Source: the human T2T-CHM13v2.0 reference genome, Homo sapiens. Taken from it: a stretch of 64,000 bases of DNA. Numbering within the stretch: position 1 is the first letter of the stretch; every line of letters starts with the position of its first letter. Positions 1 to 14,330 of the stretch are shown here, one piece after another. The notes under the pieces were generated by a model. The model searched no databases. It saw only the letters and a list, made by a program, of their open reading frames with translations, and was not told the origin of the DNA. Both the position numbers and the translations under genes were made by a program. The stretch is taken from assembly GCF_009914755.1 (NCBI RefSeq), contig NC_060933.1; one strand, given 5' to 3'.

Positions 1-292
1 ATTTGGAAAATATCCTCAATGAGTTTAGACACACTTCTATACATTAGAGGTTTATAAAACACAAAAACTCCTTTTATAAATGAGTCAAAATAATGACATT
101 TTAGACAAAGAATAACAGAAAATTTATCATCCAAAAGCACCTTCCAAAGAAACGTCAAAAGACAAATTTCAAACAAAGGAAAATGATCACAGATAAAAGA
201 TTTGGGATAAAATAAATAATAATGAGAAAAATAGAATATATATGGGAGGTATAAAAAAGAAAATAAAATTTACTTCAATACAAAATTGAAAT

Positions 293-963
293 GTGTAAAG
301 ATGTTTTGGTGGGGGTCTCCATTGCTCTTCAGCTTTGATTATTTATTTAAAAAACTCTCAGAACTCAGAGAAGCAATTATACTCATGTTTACAGTTTATT
401 AAAACAAAAGGATGCAGAGTCATATCAACAAAGGAAAAAGATTCTCAGGGCAAAGTCCAGGAGACTCCAGGCACAAACTTACAAGTGTCCATCAAAGCAG
501 AATCACATGCAGATACACTTCAGTCTCCCAGTAAAGCTGCATACAACCACATGTGAATTCTTGGCAATTAGAGCAGCTTATTTATTCTTTGATGTCCCAG
601 GTTTTTATTGGTGGTTAATCACATAGGCATGCAATGCCCAAGTGGCAAAACTTGGCAAATTCAGCTTCCTTTCCATGATCCCTCTAGAACAAAACCAGGC
701 ATTGAGCATAAATCATATCTTAGAATAAACGTATCTGGTTAAATTGATACCACATGGTTCAAATAAATACAGCATGGCTCAGGGCCTCAGGCATATAAAG
801 TCAGTCATTCACCATAAACCCAAGGCCTCAGATATACAAAAACACTCTTCACGGTAAGACTATTTCCAGAACTCAGAGGCTAGCTAGTCCTAAAAACAAA
901 CCTTACCTTTGAATGTGCAGGGTTGAAAAAACCCTGGGCTGCTGAGTTAACACATTCTTGCCT
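293..963 (-). mobile_element. ERVL-class LTR, MER77/MER21-like (probable 3' LTR)
   Basis: Reverse complement reads gttaactcagcagcccaggg...aaccctgcacattcaaag...gaagagtgttttgtatatctgaggccttggg, matching the recalled MER77-type LTR start. The left part (gaactcagagaagcaattatactcatg...aaagtccaggagactccagg) matches the MER21/77 LTR 3' end. Confidence 0.7.
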
Positions 964-2290
964 AATCCATATTTATTGTCCCTGGTCTAATCTCTCCTGT
1001 AGCAAAACAATCATATTTTTCTGAGCATCTACATTGAATATGGCATTTATATGACAGTAACAACAGTAATATTAACATGAATATGCCTAGCATTTTATGG
1101 ACACAGTGTAGGGTAAAGATTGATTTTTAAAAATTACTAATGCATCCTACAAGCCCATTACATACACTTTAATATTTTGTAGAAACAAAATTACTCATTC
1201 CTCCTCTCAATCTGCTTTTATTTTTACTTTTTGATAAATCTGTGCAGAACTATTTAGCATTGAAATTAGATAATGGTTAGCTGAATTCTGTTTTCTCAGG
1301 CCATTTATTATTCACCCAGATTACATTCTGAAGAGGCTTTAACTCAATATCTTAATACATTTGATTATCAATATAAGCATTATATAACTTCTCTACATAA
1401 GATAGTTGAATCTTACCAACAATGCTAGTGTAATGTCATATTGCAGTATGATCATGTTACAATTCAGTTTTATTACAGAGAAAGTTATTACGAATGATAG
1501 AGCTATTTGTTACAGCTACTCAACATAATTGGTTCTTGTCTTTATACCGTATAGTATTATAAATAAGTGTTATTACTACTCACCATGATTTGATTATTTC
1601 TGGGTTTCTAATGGGTTGTGGACTTAGCCAGTCACCCTGTCTTAGTTCACAGGCCCTAATTGACAATGGTCTCTACTATATGCTGTCTTACAGCAGGATA
1701 CACTCCCTTCCTATAGACAAGACACAAGAATAAGAATAGTTTATATCTCTGCTACCTGTACTACAGGATGTCTTATCCTTATCTATTCTTGGGGCAATGG
1801 CAATAACAATGAATTAATATAAATTATGAGTGACCTCAGAGATGGGGTCCCTAAGATTATATAAATGTGTCCTTCTGCATCTAAGAAGAACCATTACCCT
1901 ATGGTTATTTAGGCCTCCATCTGTGTTAAAGTGATAAAGTGATGCTATTGAGTCATAATACAAACTCATTACCAGTGTTGGGTCCTAGCATTATCCATCA
2001 TTAATTGTTGAGTCTACCTTACCAAGTTCACTAAAACTTCATTACTTTTTCCAGGTTGAATCCCATCCCTTCCTCTCTCATAGGTGAGAATTCCCTCTAA
2101 TCTATTTATTTTAGTTAATAAATCTTCTTTCCTTAAAAGCCATTCATGATTAAAAATGAATTCAGCTTTTCTCACAATGCCTAGATCAGCATCTATCTCC
2201 CTGAAGGTTTTTTTCTGTTTGTAGGCCAATGCTTAACCCAAGAGGGTTGTTGTCATTGTATACTAGATTTAACTGGAATGAGGAACCATG
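964..2290 (-). mobile_element. ERVL-like internal sequence adjoining the MER77-like LTR (decayed)
   Basis: Contiguous with the LTR. 1200-1460 is homologous to a second copy at ~23130-23380, which shows it is repetitive. ORF remnant at 2014-2229(-). Confidence 0.5.
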
Positions 2291-2369
2291 TTTTACACTC
2301 CAGACTGTTTGGTTCTCAGTATGAGGATAAAAATAAGAAAAAACAAAACAACAAACAAACAACAACAAA

Positions 2370-3050
2370 AAACAAGAGTTCTCTACAATTTTCGAGAAAC
2401 AGAAGAGGAAGAAATGCTTCTCAATTCATTTTATGAAGCAAGCATGACACTTAAACAGAAGAAGACAAAGATGATAAAAAAAAAAGAAAAGGAAAACAAA
2501 CAAACAAAACTTTAGACCAACATAACCTAGATGCAAATCTACAAATATACCCTAGATGCAAAATCCTCGACAACTTGAATACGACACTATGTAAAAAAGT
2601 GACACATGACCAAGCCATGTTTATTCCAGAAATGCAAGACAGTTGCAATATTTTAAAAAATCTAATAATATAGTTCATCATATTAATATTCTAAAATAGG
2701 AGAATGCATGATCAGTTCAATAAATGCAGGGGAAAAAGACACTATTCAACAGTTACTTGTGATAAAAATTCAGCAAACCAGAAATAGCAGAAAATTCCTT
2801 CATCTTGATAAAGAGCATACAAAAAATCCATCATATTTAGCTGTGAAACACTGAATGTTTTCCACATGTATGCTCAGGAATAAAGCAAAGATGTTTGCTT
2901 TTATCACTCTTTTTCAACATAATACTTAGAGTTCTATCCAGTGTGTAAGGAAAAAAAGGAAGAATAAAATAAATGCAGACTGGGAAGAAATAAGTAAAAC
3001 TGTTCCTATTTGTAAATAATATGATTACATATGTAGAAATTTATACAGCA
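2370..3050 (+). mobile_element. Old L1M ORF2 fragment
   Basis: Degenerate ORF2 motifs (LLNSFYEASMTL; gatgcaaaatcctc; ttttcaacataatacttagagttcta). Confidence 0.75.
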
Positions 3051-3615
3051 TTTAGGAGAGAGAAGGAATGTAGAAAAGGGAGAGGAAGGGGGAGGCAAAA
3101 ACAAAGGGGAAGGAGAAAGTAAAAGAACAGTGGAAGGAGAAGCAGTGTCTCCTAAAATTAAGAAGGATTTAGCAAGATTAGGACAAAAGGTAAAAACAGG
3201 TTTCCTGATATTTTTAATTGCATTTCAATAGCTTTCCAAACATAAATATTTCTCAGGTAGTTGAATGCTTTGGTCAATTTCGAGAATGATGGAAGGCTGC
3301 TTTAATGAATTTCTAGTGGCCTTTCGTGCAGAGGATTTGCTGGTCTTTTCAAGTGACCATAGTCCACATTGATGGGTTGATTGAATATGGAAACCATCTT
3401 GAACTCCCAAGATAAACGCCAATTAGTAATGATATATTTTACAAACACACGTGCATGCACACACACACACACACAGACATGAGAGGATTTAATTGGATAA
3501 TATTTTGCTGAAGTTTTTGAAATCTAAATTCATCATCAAAATACATATTTGTCTACAGGACATTTTCTTGTAATGTCTGTTTTATGGTTTTGGTATGGGG
3601 ATAACGGTAGACTCA

Positions 3616-4882
<1,267 letters not shown>

Positions 4883-4899
4883 GAAAAGTGTTTCCTCTT

Positions 4900-5850
4900 T
4901 TTTATTTCTTAAACTTTTGTGTAATGTATAAATTATATCTCCTTAAATATTAGTAAAATTTGTCAGTTCGTTTATCTAGGTGGGTATTAATAAATTTAAA
5001 ACAGATATATAGGGATGTGCATTTTATTGCTTTCTTTTTGAGTTTGCCTTAGTTTGTATCTTTTGAGGGATTTATACACTTAATCTAAATTAACTAATTT
5101 ACATTTATAAATTTCATCATGGTATTCATTTAGTTATCCTTAAACTGTTGTAGGACAATGGAAATGTTACTTCTATCATTCTTTTTTTGTTGTTTATTTG
5201 TTTTGAGACAGAGTCCCGTTCTGTCGCCCGGGCTTGAGTGCAGTGGCCTCATCTCTACTCACTGCAAATTCCACCTCCCAGCTTCAAGCAATTCTTGTGC
5301 CTCAGCCTCCCGAGTAGCTGGGAATACAGGCATGCGCCATCACGCTCGGCTAATTTTTGTATTTTTAGTAGAGACAGGGCTTCACTATGTTGGCCAGGCT
5401 GGTCTGGAACTCCTGACCTCAAACGATCCGCCTGCCTCGGCCTCCCAAAGTGCTGGGATCACAGGCATGAGCCACCACCCCCAGCCACTTCTGTCATTCT
5501 TAAAATTTGTAAATTATTTATTTCCTATTATTTTCTCCATAGTCTGGCCAGAGATTTAACAATTTTATTGATCCCTTCAAAGATCTAAATTTAGTTTAAT
5601 TTACTTAGCTATATAATTTTTCTCCATTTAATGTTGTTTATTTCTTCATTAACCTTTATTATTTTCTTCTTTCTGATTGCTTCAGAATTAATTTGTTCTC
5701 ATTTTTATAATAACAAGTTGGAAGCTTTCATCATAATTTCAAGGTAATTTTTCTTTTCTAATGCAAGCTCTTAATGGGATAGATTTTTCCCTAAACACAG
5801 AAATTTCCACATTTTGATATGTTATACTTTTTCAAATTTCTCTTACTTTT
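4900..5850 (-). mobile_element. Old L1M antisense fragment (host of the L1PA2 and Alu; also ~3380-3643)
   Basis: T-rich degenerate L1 ORF2 antisense sequence continues on both sides of the TSD. Confidence 0.6.
5183..5486 (-). mobile_element. AluS element
   Basis: Full dimeric Alu antisense; TSD acttct(a/g)tcattct at 5169-5182 and 5487-5500. Confidence 0.93.
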
Positions 5851-6776
5851 GGTTAGGTTCATGTTTAAATATACATATGTGCAAGAATATTTTCCCTTGA
5901 TTTATATGGATTTAGAGGTTAAAAAAAGGCAAAAAAAATATTTTGGAAATTTCTAGGAGACTTAGTTCACCATAATTGTTACATAATTGTGCATATGTTG
6001 CAAGTAATGTATTGAGAAAAGTATTTATATCTGTATACATGTTTGGTCCTTAATGATGAAATTAATGCACAGTTGTCTAACTGTAATAATTTCCTTATAA
6101 TCACACTAGTTTTCCTTTGGTGCCACAAGATGATGAATCTCACTTTAGTGTGACCAAGCAAAATGAGGTACAAAAACAGTCCAATCAATGTGAAAATATC
6201 TCAAATTCACATGAATTTTAAAAATATTTTATATGTAAATTAAATTAGAAATTAAATATATATAATATATTTTATTTCAGAAATATTTGCTTGCCTTTTG
6301 GAACTCAAAGTTCAAAACCTTCTATTGTCATCTTTAAATAACTAATTTTTAAGTTAATTTCTACTTGGTTCTATGAAAATACTACCACACAATGTGGAGA
6401 TAAAGAAAACATTTACAGAAAAATTGTCCATATGGACACATTTTAAACAGATGATCTAATTAGCATCATAGCCACCAAACTGGTAAATAAACAGTTTTGT
6501 TGATTTGCTGCTTAATCAGCATCTATTCAGAATTCTGTAATATTGTTTAGTAAAACAGTTTATTTCCATCCATAAATGTATTTTATAAATTTATGCCCAG
6601 TAAACTTCCAGGTAAACCATCGAAATATTAACTGTTTTCTACAAGTGGTGGTCTTTTTTTTTAAGCTGGTTTCTATAATGAATTGATGAGAGTGAATGAA
6701 GATTAAAATGCTTATTCTGTAATAAAAGCCAATGCCAGCATGCCGATATATAATCTCTATAGATCAAAAAATATTC

Positions 6777-7189
<413 letters not shown>

Positions 7190-8152
7190 TTATACAAGTC
7201 ATGTAATGGATAGAGAATTTCTTACATAAATTTACAATAAAATTTTTTTAAATAAAACTTTTGTGAAATTATTTTCAAATGTTATAAATGTTAATGAGTT
7301 TTGTTATATTGGTTCCAATATTTCTCATATATGGAAAATGTCATTTTCCCTGGGAATTAATATTTGGAACTGGTGTTTAAGAAAAACCATGTTTGATGTT
7401 GGAAAATGCTATGTCCGGTATAACTATAGATGTTTGGAAAGCAGCTCAGTTATGCTAAAGATAAAGAAAGGAGAGAAAAATGACAGAAGGGGAGGTTTGA
7501 ACAAAACAAAATAATACCTGAAAATGTTGAATGGATATGTAATATTTGTGAATGTTTATGTTCTCTATTTCACCATTATTTAAACATTTATATTTTCAAA
7601 GGGAGACAATAATTATATTTTGAAATCATTTTATTTTTTTATAGAGTGCTGTATTTTTTCTTTTCAATTTCAATTTGGTAAGCAAACAAAATCAGTCAGA
7701 ATATTATACATAATTAGGTTTCCTTTTTGAGATTTGTTGAAACTCTTTATCCTTTATGTATGTATTTCAAGTAGTATAATAAAAAAGAAATATAAAATGA
7801 TTAGATATACATAAAAGTATTGTAGATTATGTTTTTCATATTTTCTTTCTTTTAATGTATTTTGCAGATATAGCCATTCCAGATTATGATTTCACAAACT
7901 AAGATGATTCTCAGTAGGGAAGCGTTACTGCATGTCGTTTTCATCAAAGGGAGCTTAGTTTATTTGCCTGTCTGAATATTGACATTATATTACTAATTTA
8001 CACATTGGGGAAAGGGTCAAGAGAACTCCAAATTTTTGTTGACTTGATATTAACCTGAAAGGGGAATGTTAATAAATGACAAAATATATCCACAGTAGTT
8101 AGACATCAAGTTGTGTTTATTTTTTTAATCTACTGCATATTATTGAATTATT

Positions 8153-8204
<52 letters not shown>
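8153..8204. repeat. (TAGA)13 tetranucleotide microsatellite
   Basis: Perfect TAGA array followed by ttgatt. Confidence 0.97.
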
Positions 8205-8205
<1 letters not shown>

Positions 8206-8996
8206 TGATTTATTAGATGTACAGGAAATAGAATTCACTGGTGGGCATGCGTAAAGAGGGGGCAGCTCTTTTCTAATGCAGGGCTAGCTGCTTGTCCAGG
8301 GGCCCATGATTCCAGGGCTATATTTGTCCCCACAGCCATCCAGGATGAGTTGTTTCTCAGCCACCAAGTCTTAAAATGTATATGCATTAAACTTAGTAAA
8401 ATCGCACTTCTTTGAGATGTGGCTTTTTGGGCATTCACTGAACTTGAATTTGGCCCTAAATAAGGCCTCAGTCACATGCTCCAGGGTTTGCAGCTTGGTA
8501 TGGATGAACATGGCCAATGTGAACTCTGACCTCTGGGTCCTGAGGCTTTCCAAAGGCATACTACATCCGGTCTTAAACCTAGACTAGGGAAAGCACTAGA
8601 TCCAAGACATAAATGTCCAATGGCAAAGGCTGTTGTACGCAAGGAACAGGCTGCTGTACACTACCTAGGATGATGCTGTTTGCAGCCCTTGCACACCAGG
8701 CCCCATGTGGCTTAATTGATTGTAGAAATTATTTTATATATTAAGTTTTTGGGGATTCATATCTTTTATTCAAGATAGCTAAATGTAATTTATATTAGAC
8801 CATATACAGTAAGTTGTAAATTATAGAAGTTGTGCTTATCAAAATCATATTCAGTGGGCAATATGGCCTTTAATATAATGAAGTTTACTGATAAAAATTA
8901 AAATAAAATAATGTGGTTTTGTAGTGCTCTTGTATGTCAACTAAAACAAATTAACAAAACCTATTGAAACCCATAATCATTTAGACTATCTACTTA

Positions 8997-9295
8997 CACT
9001 TTGGGAGGCCAAGGTGGGCAGATCACCTGAGGTCAGGAGTCAGGATTTCAAGACGAGCCTGGCCAACATAGTGACATCCCATCTTTACTAAAAACACAAA
9101 AATTAAACAGGCGTGGTGGTGCATGCCTGTAATTTCAGCTACTCAGGAGGCTGAGGCAGGGAGAACTGCTTGAACTTGGGAAGGGGAGGTTACAGTGAGC
9201 CAAGACTGGGCCACTGAACTCCAACCTGGGCGACAGAGGGAGACTCCATCTCAAAAACAAACAAACAAACAAACAAACAAAAACACAACAAAAAA
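8997..9295 (+). mobile_element. AluS, 5'-truncated by ~35 nt, (AAAC)n tail
   Basis: Starts at cactttgggagg; TSD actatctactta at 8985-8996 and 9296-9307. Confidence 0.92.
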
Positions 9296-11393
9296 ACTAT
9301 CTACTTAAATACCATTCTATTAAAATAAATATTTTTCTGTGATCTTAGGTTTGTTTTGTCTCAATAATATAAATAGTGTATTGGTTGTCTCAAAGTGTTA
9401 AATGGAAGCATATTTTATGGCATTGCTGAAATATCTACCAACTTTTCTTACTGTAAGTTATGCAATGGTGCATTGATTAATGCATTGGAACTTGTTAAGC
9501 AGTTTGCATGTCTGAAAAACCAAAGTTCAGAGGTATGTAGGTTAAATCCGGCAATCAAATATCAGAGAGATATTTCAGAATATTATTTTTGTGTACCAGA
9601 AAACACTTTTCAAAAAAAAAAAAAGTAAGGGCATTAGGAAGGCATTGTAAGGTTAATCTTTTCCAGCAAAGCTATTACATTTATTTTTCTGGAGTTCTTT
9701 AGTTATAAAAAGTAGAATGTAGTTATAGGATCTAGTCAGCATTAAATTGATTGAAAAAATGAAAAACACTGTTTCATTTTTAAATAGATTAACAATTAAG
9801 CAAGTTGTTTATGTTGTCCCACTGATATACTAGAATATGCTACATTCTTTTGGGCATCTTTTAGACCATAGGGCTAAAATGTTGAGAATGACAGAGAGAC
9901 AATTAGGAGCTCAGCACAAAGCAAAATGTTATGAATCAGGAAAATAAATAGAACAGAGATCAAAATTAGATAGATGCAGAATTGGAATGATACTGAAAAC
10001 AAGAGATGGAACTGCAGAAAATACTATGGCAGATCATTCATTCCTTTGAATGGTGAAAGTAGTTAATACAATGGCTAACAATTGAAATGGAAAACCAGAC
10101 CCAGATGAAAAAATGCAAACCAGTAAACTTACCTAGTCCTATTATTTTACTCAATTGTAGGAAATACATGAAAAAAAAGTTGTTCATTATGAATCCTTTT
10201 TTCTAACATGGGAAGAAGTCACCACTAAACCTTTCTCATTTTTTTACTCAAATGTTTGTGTTTTCTCATAGAACTTATAATTTTAATTTATTTTTCAATA
10301 TATGTTTCCCATACAGTCTAGTTGGATTCATAGTTGCGATGTTTCATGTGGTATATTTGCTCCCTATGGAACAGAACATAACATTAATCTTTAGATGTGT
10401 CACTAGAGAGATTTGTATATATCCACATAAATCTACAGTTGCAACTAGAAAAATTATCCTGTGAAAATTTTGTGATATGAATGTCTTTCAACTTTTTAAA
10501 AAGTAAAGAGAAAATGATGAACAAATATGAGTTGGAAATCAGAATGAACAAATCATGAAAATATAGTGTACCCCTTCAAAAATTTTGAAAATTAAGAGAA
10601 ATCGGTAGAACAGCTGTATTATCATTTACAAAAATGTTTCTCTACCTATAGAACAAACAATTACTTTGTCCTCTAATTTCCAAATAACTTACAGAACATT
10701 TATTTCCTACTGTCACTGGAATGGCAGGCTGGCAGGCTGAGTTGGTAGCCCAATTGGTTCCTCACATCAAAAGATTCCCTTTATTATTTCCTTATTTTCT
10801 CTTTAATTCTGGCACTCCTTCATGATTGAACTTACAGATGTTCTTTTGTCTACTAATTTTCGAGTAAGCCTGTGCTCTCTATAACTTTCAGTCTCAATAT
10901 CCTTCTACCATCAGCCTTTTGTCTAAACATTCTTATTCTGGTTTGTTTCCCTGAACTCTTGACATCAATCTCTGTTCCTTCAATATTCTGTTTCTTCTAC
11001 TGGAAGCATTCTTTCCCAGATTTCACCCACTTTACTCTTCTCAATCTCTGTGTCTGAGTTAAATGCTTCCTTAGGTTTCTATGTAGGATTGTCTGTCCAT
11101 CTGTAATTTTTCTATATCTCTCATGTTAACATACTTATATCCTTTACTGAAAAATGTCTCCTTTAAAAAAAAATCAATGTGTTTGTTTACTTTCTTAAAA
11201 TGCCGTCTTAAACTGCAAGGTCAAAGAAGGTAAGTATGATATTTGGATATTAATATCTACCACTTAATACAGAAACTATTCTAGCACTTGTATAGGCAGT
11301 ATAAGACATAATTTTAGAACTCTAAAATAAAAACTCATAAACTGAAGTTAAATATCCATTTCCCACTGCTATCTCCTTTTCCTTTTAACACAT

Positions 11394-13804
11394 TGATATC
11401 ATTTGGATCTGTGTCCCCACCCAAATCTCATGTCAAACTGTAAGTCCCACTGTTGGAGGTGGGGCCTGTTGGGAGGCAATTGGATCATCGGGCGGTTTCT
11501 CTTAAATGGTTTAGCACCATCTCCTTGGTGCTGTTCTTGTGACAGTGAGTGAGTTATTGTGAGTCTGGTTGTTAAAAGTGTATAGCACCTCCCCACCTCT
11601 CACTCTTCTTCCTGCTTCCAGCCATGTGAAGTGCTGGCTCCCCCTTCACCTTCTGCCATGATTGTTAGCTTACTGATGCCCCCGCAGAAGCCCAGCAGAT
11701 GCATCATGCTTTCTGTATAACGTGCAGAACCATGAGCCAATTAAACTGCTTTTCTTTATAAATTACCCAGTCTCAGGTATTTCTTTAGAGCAATGTAAGA
11801 AAGGACTAATATAGAAAATTGGTAGAGGAATATGATATTGTTGTAAACATACCGGAAAATGTGAAAGTGGCTTTGAAACTGGATAGTGGGCAGAGATTGG
11901 AAGGGTTTGGAGAGATCAGAAGAAGACAGGAAGATGAGGGCAAGTTTTGAACTTACTAGAGTCTTGTTACATTGTTGTGACCAAGCTACTGATAGAGACT
12001 CACAATGAAGTCCAGGCTGAGGAGGTCTCAGATGGAGATAAGGAACTTAATGGGAACTGGAGCAAAGGTCACTTTAGTTAGGCATTAGCAAAAAGGTTGG
12101 CTGCACTGTGGGCCTGCCCTAGGGATCTGTGGAATTTTGAACTTGAGAGTATCTCAAGTTCTGGTGGGTATCTGGTGGAAAAAATTTCTAAGCAGCAAAG
12201 CATTCAGGAGGTAAGCTCACTACTTCTGACAAACTATTGTGATGTGTGTGAGCAAAGAAATGACCTCAAACTGAAACTTATATTTAGAAGGGAAGCAGAG
12301 TGTAGAAACTTGAAAAATTTGCAGCCTGGCCATGTGGTAGAACAAAAAGCCCATTTTCAGGAGAGAAATTCAAGCAAGCTGCAGAAACTTGCTTAACTAA
12401 AAGGAAGGCACATGCTGATAGCCAAGAAAATGAGGGATACCCTCCAGGGCATTTCAGAGACCTTTGTGGCAGCTCCTCCCATCACAGGCTCAGAGGACAA
12501 CGAAGGAAGAATGGGACACTACTACATGCATCTCATCTGTTGCAGCTCTAGCCATGGCTCCAAGTGGCCCAGGTACAGCTCAGGATGCTGCTCCAGAGGG
12601 TTCAAGCCATAAGTCTTGATGGCTTCCATGTGGCATTAAGCCTGAGGGTGCACAGAGTACAAGAGTTGAGGCTAGATTTCAGAGAATGTATGAACAAAAC
12701 TAGATGTACAGTCAGAAATCTGCTGCAGGGTCAGAGCCCTGATGGAGAATCTCTACGAGGGCACTGAAGAGGGGAAAGGTGGGGTTGGAGCCACCACACA
12801 GTGTCCCTACTAGACCACTATCTAGGGGAACTATGAGAAGAGGGACACTATCTTCCAGACCCCAGAATGGTAGATCCACCAGCACTTGTACCGTGTGCCT
12901 GGAAATGGTGCAAGCACTCAACACCAGCCCTTGAGAGCAGCTGTAGGAGCTGAACCCTGCAAAGTCACAGGAGTGGAGCAGCACAAGGCTTTGGGAGCTC
13001 ACCCCTTGCAGTGGTATGCCCTGGATGGCGTCAAAGGAGATTGTTAAGCTTTAAGACTTAATAACTTTCCTACTGGGTTTCAGACTTGCATGGGGCCCGT
13101 AGCCCCTTACTTTTGGCCAATTTCTCCCTTTTGAAATGGGAGTATTTACCCAATCCCTGTACCCCCATTATACATTATATCTTGGGAGTTTTTTTTTTTT
13201 TTTTTTTAATTTTACAGGGTCTTAGGCAGAAGGGGCTTGCCTCATCTCAGATAAGACTTCAGACTTTGGATGTTTGAGTTAATGCTGAAGTGAGTTAAGA
13301 CTTTGAGGGACTGATGGGAAGGCATGATTATATTTTGCAAACTGAGAAAGACAAAATTTGGGAGGGACTAGGGCAAAATAATATGGTTTGGATCTATGTC
13401 CCCAACCAAATCTCATGTCAAATTGAAATACCCAGTGTTGGAGGTGGGGCCTGATGGGAGGTTATTGGATTGTGGAGTGGTTTCTTTTTAATGGTTTAAT
13501 ACCATTTCCTTGGTGCTATTCTTATGATAGTGAGTGAGTGAGTTATTATGAAATCTGGTTGTTAAAAGGGTGTAGCACCTCCTCACCTCTCACTTTTCTT
13601 CCTGCTCCCAGCTATATGAAGCACCGGCTCCCTCTTCATTTTCCCACCATGGTTATACATTTCATGAGGCCTCCCCACATGCCCAGCAGATGCAACATTC
13701 TTTCTGTACAGCATGCAGAACTGTGAGTCAGTTAAACCTCTTTTCTTTATAAATTACCCAATCTCAGGTATTTCTTTATAGCAATGCAATAATGGACTAA
13801 TACA
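11394..13804 (+). mobile_element. Full-length MSTA MaLR provirus (5' LTR 11394-11813, internal 11814-13378, 3' LTR 13379-13804)
   Basis: Two similar LTRs (t.atat..tttggatct.tgtcccca...ggactaata.a) flank MST-int beginning gaaaattggta; TSD cacat/cacct. Confidence 0.9.
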
Positions 13805-14027
13805 CACCTAATAATATTATTTCCTTGAATCACGCAATCAATTAACAAAATCCTCTGTGTGAAATGGCTGGCTTCCTTTTATTGGTGGTTAACTGCTAAA
13901 CAATATTTTTGGCATTTCAATTTTGTTGTTATTATTGTTCAAAGCTTGTACAAAGCCTCCATCAAGTAGTCCAATTCTCCAGCTTCTGTCACTCCTGGAC
14001 AACATTTGTATTTAAAAATACCTTTCA

Positions 14028-14330
14028 GCCAGGTGACACACACCTGTTGTCCCAGCTACTCAGGATGCTGAGGCGGGAGGAACACTTGAGCCCAGGAGTT
14101 CTGGGTTGTATGCACTATGCTGAGGAAGTGTCTGCACTAAGTTTGGCATCAATATGTTAGCTTCCAGGGAGCAGAGGACCACCAGGTTGCCTAAGGAGTG
14201 GTCAACTCAAAAATTGAGCAGAATAAAACTCCTCTGCTTATCAGTAGTGGGATGACCCCTTTGAATAGTCACTGCACTACAACCTGGGCAACATAGTGAG
14301 ACCCTATTTCTTAACAAAAAAAAAGAAAGA
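14028..14330 (+). pseudogene. 7SL (SRP) RNA retropseudogene (RN7SL-type)
   Basis: Alu-domain ends flank the 7SL S-domain (gtctgcactaagtttggcatcaatatg...accaccaggttgcctaaggag...atcagtagtgggat). A-rich tail and degenerate TSD aa.a.tacctt.ca. Confidence 0.9.

Noticed and set aside
3055-3145. Purine-rich tract
   Set aside because: Low-complexity sequence with no clear mirror symmetry or functional context.
5158-5588. ORFs over 100 aa (also 35734-36060, 58089-58549 and others)
   Set aside because: Typical antisense-Alu translations.
6470-6760. Possible vomeronasal V2R or other membrane-protein exon
   Set aside because: Only a vague MLALAF resemblance; not supportable by eye.
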